A DNA stretch of 64,000 bases from Octopus bimaculoides (taxonomy: Eukaryota): positions 41,539,964 through 41,603,963 of the forward strand of contig NC_069000.1 of assembly GCF_001194135.2 (NCBI RefSeq), read 5' to 3'. Each line of letters begins with the position of its first letter. Position 1 is the stretch's first letter. The notes under the pieces are model-generated. The model did not search any database, was not told the origin of the DNA, and saw nothing but the letters and a program-made list of their open reading frames with translations. Both the position numbers and the translations under genes were made by a program. Below, in pieces: positions 23,789 through 36,100 of this stretch.

Positions 23789-24121
23789 GCAATAAGAAAA
23801 TGGAGGGGATTAATAGGTGGTATTCATCAACTTGCAGACATTGTATTATGTCAATTTACTTGTTTATTTGTTTACTAAGAGGACAATAATAACAATATAC
23901 AAACACATGTGAAATATTATGTCATATCCGTAATTATAAAAATGACATATAGTAACAGAAGTCCACTATATGTCATTTTTATAATTACTGATATGACATA
24001 ATATGTCGCATGTGTTTGTATATTGTTATTACTGTCCTTTTAGTAAACAAATAAATTAACATAATACAATGTCTGCAAGTTGATGAACACCACCTATTAA
24101 TCCCTTCCATTTTCTTATTGC
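23789..24121. repeat. Long near-perfect inverted repeat (arms about 165 and 157 bp, 11-nt loop)
   Basis: GCAATAAGAAAATGG...ATGACATATAGT-aacagaagtcc-ACTATATGTCAT...CCATTTTCTTATTGC. Confidence 0.9.
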
Positions 24122-24873
24122 ATTATAAATTAATGGTAAAATAACTTTTTACCCACACCCATTTATTGCACTTGGTAATGTAATTGCCATGCAATGAAAA
24201 AACACTAGTGTAATAATAATTGGGTATTCTTCCGGCAGTATATTGGATAGATATTATCCCTTAGTGGGTTGGATTCACAACCCCTAACTTTCTTGGATAT
24301 ATATATTGATATATACATATACACACACACACACATGCATGTGTGTGTGTAGGAATGATCGACAAACAGTTTCAGGTGGTTAAATGCTTAATGAATGGAC
24401 AGTAGCATTAATCCCAGCACTGATTAAATGTTTAACCCTTCAGCACTCGGATTATTCTGTCAAATATAATGCCTGTTCATTGCCATTGATTTGAATTAGT
24501 CAGGCGTTACCTTGTAGCTTTGAGACTTCAATAATAAGACTCTTTATTTGCAGAATAATATTGTCGGAAAAGTGCGAGAGGTCAGATCTGGCCAGTTTGA
24601 AGATAAAACAGGGCTGAATATTTTGGCTGGTTTAAATACTAAATGTTTAATTAACAACCTGTCTCGTTAATCACAGCAGTGATTAAGTTGGTCTAATTGT
24701 GTAGCTCATCAAGACACTGGTCTATCACTCACTCCATCAACAGCAATGATTAAATGAGAAGATATATCACAGAAGTTGTAAAGAACCGGACACAGGTGAA
24801 CAGTGAAGGGCACAATGGGCATGGGCTGAAACTCAACGACAGGCAGGCGAGTTTAGTTTCAGCTTGCAATGTT

Positions 24874-25013
24874 TTAGTATTTTACATCGTAAATGTTGAA
24901 GCGGTCATAATCATCTATTCTATCAATGTCCAGGCTGCTTTCTGAATCGGAATTCTCGTAATCTGGTAGAATGGTCTGTGAAATTTCAGGAATTTTTGAT
25001 ACTTGTACTTTCA
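24874..25013 (-). CDS. TDRD12: TDRD12-like terminal exon (…DYENSDSESSLDIDRIDDYDRFNIYDVKY*)
   Basis: Poly-T tract then GTAG|, phase 1; acidic tail and stop. Confidence 0.82.
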
Positions 25014-25016
25014 CTA

Positions 25017-25061
<45 letters not shown>

Positions 25062-28000
25062 AAACAGAAAAACAACAACAACAATAATACTTTCTACTGG
25101 AAGCACAAGGTCTCAAATTTTGGGGGTGGGTCTAAGTCGATTACATCAACCCCAGTGTGTAACTGGTACTTATAATAATAATAATAATAATAATAATGGT
25201 TTCAAATTTTGGCACAAGGCCAGCAACTTTGGGAGGAGGTACTTACTTTTGTGAGGAGGGGACAATCAATCACATTGACTCCAATGCTTGACTGGTACTT
25301 AATTTATTGACCACAAGAGGATGAAAGGCAAGGTCGACCTCAGTAGAATTTGAACTCAGAACATAGCGACAGACAAAATACCACTCAGCATTTCACCCAG
25401 TGTGCTAACAATTCTGCTAGCTTGCTGCCTTAAATAATAATAATAACGATGATGATGATGATTCAGTCATCCCACAGCCATTGCCAGCCTATAACCATTT
25501 TTAGAATAATAATAATAATAATAATAATAATGATGATAAATGATTCTGACAGCCCACAGCCATTTTTATTATAATAATAATAATAATCATCATCATCATC
25601 ATCATCGTTTAACGTCTGCTTTCCATGCTAGCATGGGTTGGACGATTTGACTAAGGATTGGTGCAACCAGATGGCTGCACCAGGCTCCAATCTGATCTGG
25701 CAGAGTTTCTACAGCTGGATGCCCTTCCTAATACCAACCACTCCGAGAGTGTAGTGGGTGCTTTTACGTGCCACTGGCACGAAGGCCAGTCAGGCGGTAC
25801 TGGCAACGGCCACGCTCAAATTGTATTTTTTACATGCCACCTGCAGAGGAGCCAGTCCAGCGGCAGTGGCAATGACCTCGCTCAAATGTCTTTTCACGTG
25901 CCACCGGCACAAGTGCCAGTAAGGGGACACTGGTAACGGTCATGCTCAGATGGCGTTTTTTACGTGCCACCAGCATGGAAGCCAGACAGCTGCTCTGGCA
26001 ATGATCACGGTCGGATGGTGCTGTTAGCGCTCCACTGGCACAGGTGCCAGTCATCGAATTTGGTTCGATTTCGATTTCACTTGCCTCAACAACAACAACA
26101 ACAACAATAATAATAATAATAATGATACTGGTTTCAAATTTTGGCTTAAAGCTAGCAATCCCAGTGTTCAACCGGTACTTATTTTATCAAGCCTTGAAGG
26201 ATGAAAGACAAAGGTGACCCTGGCAGAATCTAGACTCAGAAGCATTTTACTCAGCATGCTAATGATCCTGCAAAATCACCACCTTATTTAATAAAAATAA
26301 TAATAGTTTTAAATTTTGGCAAAAGAACAGCAATATTTTTAATGGAGAGAGCAAGTTGATTGCATAGACATCAGTACTAACCTACCCAAAACTATCCTGG
26401 GTCTATGATAAAAACATACTGTTTTAAAGTGATATAAATTAAAATTTTCCATCAAAGTTTCAAACTAATTTGTGTTCCAAACACCAGTTTAATAATGACA
26501 AAATTAAATTCAAACTACAACAAACGTAAACAAAGCGTTGAGATGTCTTAGAAAATTAAAGAAGTGATTTTTTAATTTCTCAACAAACGCAGGATAATGC
26601 TAATAATATAGCCTGAACAGGATAAACTACCCCTATTTTGCAGTAAAAGGTGTAGGAGGTCAGCTGTGGACACGAACTCACATCTCCGTGATTACGCGTC
26701 ACGATGCTCTGACCGATTGAGCTAAACTCCCCCACTACAGATTCCTCTGCAAATTTAAGATGTATTGAAATCTCGCTTTATGAGACACTATTATATGTTA
26801 AATTCAAATTATTTTATTAAATTCTTCAATACTTTTGAAACAAGGGCAGTATATTTCGACAAAAATATGGTAACAGAAGGGTAAGAGTGATCTAAATTAA
26901 TACCTTTTACCAAAATTTCATGTTAATTTATGTTCTAAAAACAACTTAATAATGGACGTTGGTAATCAATATATTATTTAGCTGTACGCATAACACATAA
27001 CTTAGAAGTAGCACTACGGATGTGCCAGCACATATGAGCTTGAGATATGGCTAACCTCATGCACTTCTCATGAGGAATTTCAGAAGGAGCTTCATGAGAC
27101 CACTGCTGAGACATTCCAAAAAAACAAAAAGCCATTGGAAAACCAATTATAGCAGCGACTCCATCAATTCCTAGGGATATCTGAAGAAGGAATTTTATAT
27201 TCTGAAATATCATATCAGACTATAGATGATTAAATTTCAACAGTTATTAGAGTCCGTTGTTTGTATTATAGTGCGTTGCTGTGTCATTCAAAACAATTTA
27301 TTCTTTAATGACAAAGTAATTTTACTAAACGCTACGTTATTTTTTTAGCCCTTAAGCATTGACAGATTACTCTGTCAATAATAGTTATTTCTTCACACTG
27401 TTTTGAATTTATCCTGCATTATCTTGGTGTGGCTGTTTATGTTTAAAACAACATTGTAGGGTAGGTGTGAAAGGTCAAATCTGGTTGATTTGAACATAAA
27501 GGAAGGAGAATATTTTGGCCAAATATGGCCAGTTGAAATCCCAAAGGGTTAAATCAGTTGAAGCAAAGAGATGCATTTTGGTAGAATGATGGTAACAATG
27601 CTGTCCTACATCTACACAATAATGAGAGAAGGGAAATAAAATATCTACCTTTCAGTGTGAAAGGGTTATCGTCATCAGGAATGACTTCTTCCTCTTCAAA
27701 GGCCTTGTTATCATCATCATCATCAAAGTCCATTTCAAACCTTCCAAAGTCTTTGTGAATATTTGGAAACTGGAAAAAAAAAAGAGACACAACAGAAACG
27801 TGTGAATGAAGGGTTTCTAGATTTTTGCACAAATCCACAAATTTAGGCAGAAGTAAAGATCTGGTAGTTAACTGGTAGTCAACCCCAGTACATAACTGGT
27901 ACATATTTCATTATCAACCCCTATTCCAACAGGGATGAAAAATGAAATGCAAAAGGCAATACTGATCTTTGGAGGGTCTGAAGTGTTTTTTTTTTTTCCA

Positions 28001-29902
28001 AACCATGAAGTCTCATGTTCAATCACAGTCACGCTACACAGCATCTGGGCCACGTGTCTTCTTCGATAGCACCAACCAAGTGGAATAAAGGCTGGTGAAT
28101 GGATTTGAGAGAGAGAAACCAAAAGAAGCAGATCGCACGTGTATATGTGTATATATACATATATGTATGTGTGTGTGCATATATTTATATATTTGCATAT
28201 CCATTATGTATGCGTGTGTGTGTGTTCAACACTTTGTATTTGCTGACCTGCCTGCCATTGTTTGACAAAACAGTGATGGTTTGTTTATGTCCCCGAAACT
28301 TAGTGGCTCGTCAGAAAGCAACGATAGACTAAGTTGCAGACTTTATCATCAAAAATGAGCACTGGGGTTGATCTGTTTGACTTGACACTTCGAGGTAGTG
28401 CCCCAGCATGGTCACAGCTCAATTAGTGAAACAAGTAAAAGATAAAACGACAACGCTAAAAGCTCATACAACAAAGACTACTTCTACCTTTTCTGTTGTC
28501 TCCAAGAGACGAGGCCAATAAGCTGGGTCTGATTTTGCCAGTGACATCTGTATCTTGTTTGGTTTGTGACGCATAAAACACTTGGAGATGACCACTTTGT
28601 CATAAAGTCCATAGGTCGCTGAAACTGGTTCGTTGTTGACCACTGGCCTGAAAAGGAGAAAACAAATGTACAAAGACCATCTTGACCACATGTGAATGAG
28701 AACAAAATCTTAGAATATAAACATGCATTGGTTTCAAATTTTGACACAGGGCAGCAGCGGAACAAGAAGGAGTTTCAAATTTTAGAGAGGAGAGAAAAAC
28801 TATCATTAGAATCAACTTACCGAATATGGATTGCAGTCTCCTCAAAGTCTGCAGTGAAATCTTCAGCGTGATCCATCTCGGCTGTCACCAGTAACCGAAA
28901 TTTGTTCTGGCACCAGTAAATTGCAGGGGAGCTGCAAGAAGATACCAGAAAGTAGAATGATTGAGTAAAATGTTAGATGAAGACCAACATGTTTTGGGGT
29001 TGATCAGATATAAGTAAATATATAATGAAAACCAGTTTAATCAGTTGGCAATGAATGAAATAGAAGACAGAGAGAAACTGCTCCATATAAGAGCTTTCCT
29101 ATCGACACTGCCAATACTACCACTACTATCGTCACACCACAACAATTGATACAACACTATTGATCACCACTGTCACAACCACCACCACAACCACTGTCAC
29201 CACTACCACCACCGTTACTGTTACCACCACCACCACCACCGTCACCATCAACACTGTCACCACCACCACCAACGTCACTACCATCACCACTACCACCACC
29301 ACCACCACCCATACATTCCAACAGGTAAATTAACACTCACCTGTTGTTTGTATCGCTGGTCGTCAGGAGGAGGCCATCGGAAGAAGGCTGTTGCTGCACA
29401 TCGAGGCACGGTGTGACTCTCACAGTCAGGTTCTCAAGTAACTCTTCACAGAGTCGCAAAGAGTCTGCATCATAACAGCTGCCAGCGGCACCACCACCAC
29501 CACCACCACCACTACCATCATCATCATCAATATGATGACTACCACTATCATCATTATCAGCAGCAGCAGTAGAAGCAGAAGTCCCAACAGCAGCAACAGC
29601 AGCAACATTGGCTAAAGCTTCTTTAAAACTGAAATTAAAAACAAAGAATATATATCTATACATATAAACATACACACACACATATTTCTCTTTTATTTCT
29701 CTTTTACTTGTTTCAGCCATTTGACTGTGGCCATGCTGGAGCACCGCTTTTTAGTCGAGCTAATCAACCCCAGGACTTATTCTTTGGAAACCTAGTACTT
29801 ATTCTATCGGTCTATTTAGCTGAACCGCTAAGTTACGGGGACGTAAACACACCAGCATCGGTTGTCAAGCAATGTTAGGGGGACAAACAGAGACACACAA
29901 AC

Positions 29903-29933
<31 letters not shown>

Positions 29934-32900
29934 TACGACAGGCTTCTTTCAGTTTCCGTCTACCAAATCCACTCACAAGGCTTTGGTCGGCCTGAGGCTA
30001 TAGTAGAAGACACTTGTCCAAGATGCCATGCAGTGGGACTGAACCTGGAACCATGTGGTTGGTAAGCAAGCTACTTACCACACAGCCACTCCTACGCCTG
30101 CATTATTATATATAAACATGTGTGTGTGTTTATATATATATATGCATATACACACACCTACATATGCTTACGCTGGCAAAATATATTTGTACACAAACAC
30201 AGAGCCATATATATACATTCTAGCACATATAGTGAGACTCACACCAGATCCTCCATACTGATGAGATCCAACAAGATCGAAATAGCAGCAGTGTATGAAC
30301 ATCAAGGCATCTATAGTTGAAAGAAACGCAACAAACACAACCTACTTGCAAAAACAAAAAAAAAAAAAGACAGAAATTAAGGTGGTGCTCCATCATGGCC
30401 ACAGTCAAATGGCTAAAACAAGTAAAAGAATAAAAGAATTACATGTATAAGTATGAATAAATGTATTCATACTGTATTTGATGACAAGATGCACTTTTAT
30501 TTACATTATTTACATTTGACGGATATTTCTCATCTTGTTTGTTGTTAACACAACGTTTCAGTTGATATACCCTCCAGCCTTCATCAGGTGTCTTGGGAAA
30601 ATTTCAAACCTGGGTTCTCATTCCTATGGTATTTTTCGTTGTTGTTGTTGTTCTTCTTCTTCTTGTTATTGTTGTTATTATTATTATTATTATTATTCAG
30701 GTCACTGCCTGGAATCGAACTCAGAATCTTGGGGTTACTGGCCCCTGCTCTTAACCACTACACCATATGGCATAGTGGTTGAAATAATGTAAAGATGCAT
30801 TGTTGTCAGAAAAAAATTTCTGTTGTAAGAAGGAACACATTTTTTATATAATCTTATTCATGTCTAATGAGTCTTCATCATTCCCAAGAATTTCATTTTT
30901 ACCCTGCTTGGGGTAATTTACCCCGATNNNNNNNNNNNNNNNNNNNNNNNNNNNNNNNNNNNNNNNNNNNNNNNNNNNNNNNNNNNNNNNNNNNNNNNNN
31001 NNNNNNNNNNNNNNNNNNNNNNNNNNNNNNNNNNNNNNNNNNNNNNNNNNNNNNNNNNNNNNNNNNNNNNNNNNNNNNNNNNNNNNNNNNNNNNNNNNNN
31101 NNNNNNNNNNNNNNNNNNNNNNNNNNNNNNNNNNNNNNNNNNNNNNNNNNNNNNNNNNNNNNNNNNNNNNNNNNNNNNNNNNNNNNNNNNNNNNNNNNNN
31201 NNNNNNNNNNNNNNNNNNNNNNNNNNNNNNNNNNNNNNNNNNNNNNNNNNNNNNNNNNNNNNNNNNNNNNNNNNNNNNNNNNNNNNNNNNNNNNNNNNNN
31301 NNNNNNNNNNNNNNNNNNNNNNNNNNNNNNNNNNNNNNNNNNNNNNNNNNNNNNNNNNNNNNNNNNNNNNNNNNNNNNNNNNNNNNNNNNNNNNNNNNNN
31401 NNNNNNNNNNNNNNNNNNNNNNNNNNNNNNNNNNNNNNNNNNNNNNNNNNNNNNNNNNNNNNNNNNNNNNNNNNNNNNNNNNNNNNNNNNNNNNNNNNNN
31501 NNNNNNNNNNNNNNNNNNNNNNNNNNNNNNNNNNNNNNNNNNNNNNNNNNNNNNNNNNNNNNNNNNNNNNNNNNNNNNNNNNNNNNNNNNNNNNNNNNNN
31601 NNNNNNNNNNNNNNNNNNNNNNNNNNNNNNNNNNNNNNNNNNNNNNNNNNNNNNNNNNNNNNNNNNNNNNNNNNNNNNNNNNNNNNNNNNNNNNNNNNNN
31701 NNNNNNNNNNNNNNNNNNNNNNNNNNNNNNNNNNNNNNNNNNNNNNNNNNNNNNNNNNNNATATATATAGTAAATCCCAAAAAATGAAGAACACCAAAAA
31801 ACAACGCATGGGTGTGGTACATGTAAAGTATTAGCAGACGCTCAGGGAAGGATAGAAAGGTGGTTTTACATTTCAAGCAAAGCTCTTCTTCAGAAACAGG
31901 GGACAGAGGAAAGTCCAAGAGAAAACGAAGACGGAGGGGCAAAAAATCGTCAACGTTATATATATATATATATGTATATTCACATCTCATCCATCACTGC
32001 TTGTTCCTATCCCAAATTTACATTTACTGCATATAAGGAAACTTCCAACAGCACCTCCTGCTGTTCACAGTCTTATTATGCGGTCCCGTTTAGTTGTGTC
32101 TTGCTAAAGCCTGGTCGGTCTCTCAAGTGTTGGTGCCATGAGAAAATGCATCCAGTACAAGTAGTTGGTAAATGGGAAGGGCATCCAGCCTTAGAAACCA
32201 AACCAAATGACATGCACATGTACCAAGTCTTTTGAAGACTGTAGCTTTCAATGAGAGTAACTCAGACTTTGATGACCCTTTCAACCCATACCAACATGGA
32301 AAGCAGATTGTCGTAGTCATCATCGTCGCCACCGCTGTCGTCATCTTCATTTAACGTCCAGTGTCCATGCTGGCATGGGTTGGACAGTTTAATCAGGGGT
32401 TGCACTAGACTCCAGTCTGATTTGGCATGCTCTCTGTGGCTGGCTGCCCCTCGGGTGCTTTTTAAGTGCCACTGGCGCGGGTGCCAGTATCTGTCATCAC
32501 TACGATTTCGCTAGGTTTGATGGGTCTTCTACTTGAGCACAACAAAAAACAATGACGATGATTAATAATCCAGAGAAATAATGGAACAAGGGCCTAATTT
32601 TTGGCATTCTCCAAGGACACTTACCTCATTAGAATTGGAACTATGTTCAATTCCAGGAGCAATGTTTTGCTTTTCCGGCTTTGTTCAGAAAGGTTCTTGC
32701 AGACTTGAAGACAAATATGAACACACTGCAATCAGAAGGCGAAGAGTGGGAAATGGTTACAGCATGGAATAGCATAGTATTGTACATAGTCGCAGGGTGT
32801 GGCTGTGTGGTAAGAAGCTTGCTTCTCAACCACATGGTTCTGGGTTCAGTCCCACTGTGTCGTACCTTGGGCAAGTGGCTCCCACAATAGCCTCAGACCG

Positions 32901-32962
32901 ACCAAAGCCTTGTGAGTGGATTTGGTAGACAGAAACTGAAAGACGCTCATCATGTGCGTGTG

Positions 32963-33013
<51 letters not shown>

Positions 33014-33054
33014 ATTTATGTGTGTGTGTGTGTTTNNNNNNNNNNGTGCGTGTG

Positions 33055-33105
<51 letters not shown>

Positions 33106-36100
33106 ATTTATGTGTGTGTGTGTGTTTGTGTTTGTGTCCCCAGCATTGCTTGACAACCATTGTTGGTGTGTTTACATTAGCAGTTCAGCATAAGTGACCG
33201 ATAGAATAAGTACTAGGCTTACAAAGAATAAGTCCTGGGGTTGATTTGTTCGACTAAAGGCGGTGCTCCAGCATGGCCACAGTCAAATGACTGGAACAAA
33301 CAAAAAGAATAAAAGAAAATAAGAATTACCTAACTTACAAGAATATGGTGAAAATTTGCCAAGTGCTGCTATGGACTATCACAACTACAGCCTGATACCA
33401 CAACTGTTGTCGCTACCACCACTACCATACAATGACTGCAAGACTACTGCTATAACCCTCATTATTACCGCCCAACACTAACTCTAATACCACCACCACC
33501 ACAACAACTAAAACCTCTGCCACTCCCATCATAACTGCCATCATTGGCACTGCAACCACTACTAATTCTACCACCACCACTACAACATCAACAACAACAG
33601 CAACAACAGTGAAATACCATTCACAAGAATAAGAAATTCATGATGGAAATGAAGAAATTGCGGAAAAACAAAACCTGGCTGACCTACCTTGCTACACTTT
33701 CTGTCTTCGATGATCTGCAGTATGGAATGGATTGGTTTCTCACGCTTCAGTTCGTCAAGGCCACTGTGGAGGGAGAAGAAGAAGAAGAAGAAGAAGAAGA
33801 AGAAGAAGAAGATGACAACTAGTGTCAGCATCATCACCACCATCATCATCATCATCATCATCAACCACCACTACCCTCTCCTGCTCCTCCTCCTTTCCAT
33901 CACCATCCTCATCACTTCACTTCACTAACCTCCTCAATGCTATTATCGTAACCACCACCACCACCTCCTCAACACACAAAAAAAAGAAAGGAAGATGGAC
34001 AAAAAGAAGAGGGGAGGCAGAATAAAAGGAAATAGAGGAAGAAGAGGAGGTGAGGGATAGAGAGGAGGCAGAGGTGGAAGGTTAGTAATTATGACAATCT
34101 CCACAACCACCACCACCAATAACAACAACAACAACCATCATCTCTGTTACAATTGCCATATCATAACTTTCATCACAACTTTGGCCTCAGTGTTTTGTTT
34201 TCCCTTCCTCTTCTTTAACTCTTTCATTGCCAACCCGGCTCAAACTGGCTCTGAGTACAAATGTTTTGTTTTCATAAGTTCTGAATTAAAATCTTCCACC
34301 AAACCTTAGTCAGTGTCTGTTCCTAACACTAGCTGAATGATAACTAAATTATTTCACTAAATTCTTTGTTATATTTAAAATTAATTGAAAGAAACACAGA
34401 GCATCTCAACAGAAATATGGTAAGGAAAGGGTTAACCTTTTCACAAAACAAAAAGTGGAAGAAAGAGAAATAAATAAAAATTACTATAAATATTTAAAAA
34501 ATATTACCACAATACCTTTCCAACTTTATAAGAATACAGAACAATGACAAGTATGCTTCCAAGAGATCGTGGTCATCAACATTGACAAATTCTGCTATCA
34601 AGTGGGGGCACATGTGAGACTGGAGAAGCAGCAAACTCACCCTGGAATTGAAACAATGGTTTGGAATTACTAGTTAGAGTTAAGGAGATTGTTTATTTTA
34701 ACATGAAAAATAAATTATTTAACACTAACCCTGGGGTTTTGAAAGCAAACTTAAATTTTTGACACCAAAGTGTTTAACATTAAACCTGAAGTTTTGACAC
34801 CAAACCAAAGTATTTAATACCAGACAAAAGTATTTGACACCAAACCTGACGTTTTTGACACTAAAATAAAGTATTTGCATCAAACCTGAAGTTTTGACAC
34901 CAAACCAAAATATTTGATATTAAACCTCAAGTTTTTGACACCAAACTGAAGTATTTAACATGAAATCTGAAGTTTTGACACCAAACCAAAGTATTTGACA
35001 TTAAACTTATGTGCTTGACACCAAACCTGAGGGTTTGAAACCAAACTGAAGTTTTTGACAGCNNNNNNNNNNNNNNNNNNNNNNNNNNNNNNNNNNNNNN
35101 NNNNNNNNNNNNNNNNNNNNNNNNNNNNNNNNNNNNNNNNNNNNNNNNNNNNNNNNNNNNNNNNNNNNNNNNNNNNNNNNNNNNNNNNNNNNNNNNNNNN
35201 NNNNNNNNNNNNNNNNNNNNNNNNNNNNNNNNNNNNNNNNNNNNNNNNNNNNNNNNNNNNNNNNNNNNNNNNNNNNNNNNNNNNNNNNNNNNNNNNNNNN
35301 NNNNNNNNNNNNNNNNNNNNNNNNNNNNNNNNNNNNNNNNNNNNNNNNNNNNNNNNNNNNNNNNNNNNNNNNNNNNNNNNNNNNNNNNNNNNNNNNNNNN
35401 NNNNNNNNNNNNNNNNNNNNNNNNNNNNNNNNNNNNNNNNNNNNNNNNNNNNNNNNNNNNNNNNNNNNNNNNNNNNNNNNNNNNNNNNNNNNNNNNNNNN
35501 NNNNNNNNNNNNNNNNNATTTGTTCAACCAGTTTTGTTCAAATCAGCCAGGTCTGGCTTCTCACACCCAACCTACAATGTCATTTTAAAATTAAACAATC
35601 ACATCAATGAAATCTCAAAACTGAGATAATACATGGATAATTCAAAACAATCATCATCATCATTGTTTAACATCTACCTTCCATGCTAGCATGGGTTGGA
35701 CGATTTGACTGAGGACTGGTGAACCAGAAGGCTGCACCAGGCTCCAATCTGATTTGGTAGAGTTTCTACAGCTGGAAGCCCTTCCTAACGCCAACCACTC
35801 CGAGAGTGTAGTGGATGCTTTTACGTGCCACCGGCACAAGGGCCAGTCAGGCAGTACTGGCAACGGCCACGCTCAAAATGATATTTTTTACATGCTACCT
35901 GCAGAGGAGCCAGTCCAGCGGCAGTGGCGACGACCTCGCTTGAATGTTTTGTGAATAAATAAGGATTACATTTGACAGAGAAATCTGAATGTTAAAGGGT
36001 TAAACGAGAATTCTGTGAGAGGTCTCAATGTAATAAAATTCAAACTAGACATCAACAGGTTCAATCTCACCATCCATATATATGACTTAATGAAGGACAT

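Noticed and set aside
30844-31990. Long ORFs spanning N runs (also 6476-7040, 34955-35588, 37088-37937, 38946-39843, 44739-45357, 52518-53149, 59445-60361)
   Set aside because: These are artefacts of translating assembly gaps as X. Only the real ends (ZFAND1 exon 1, the RTE fragment) were retained.
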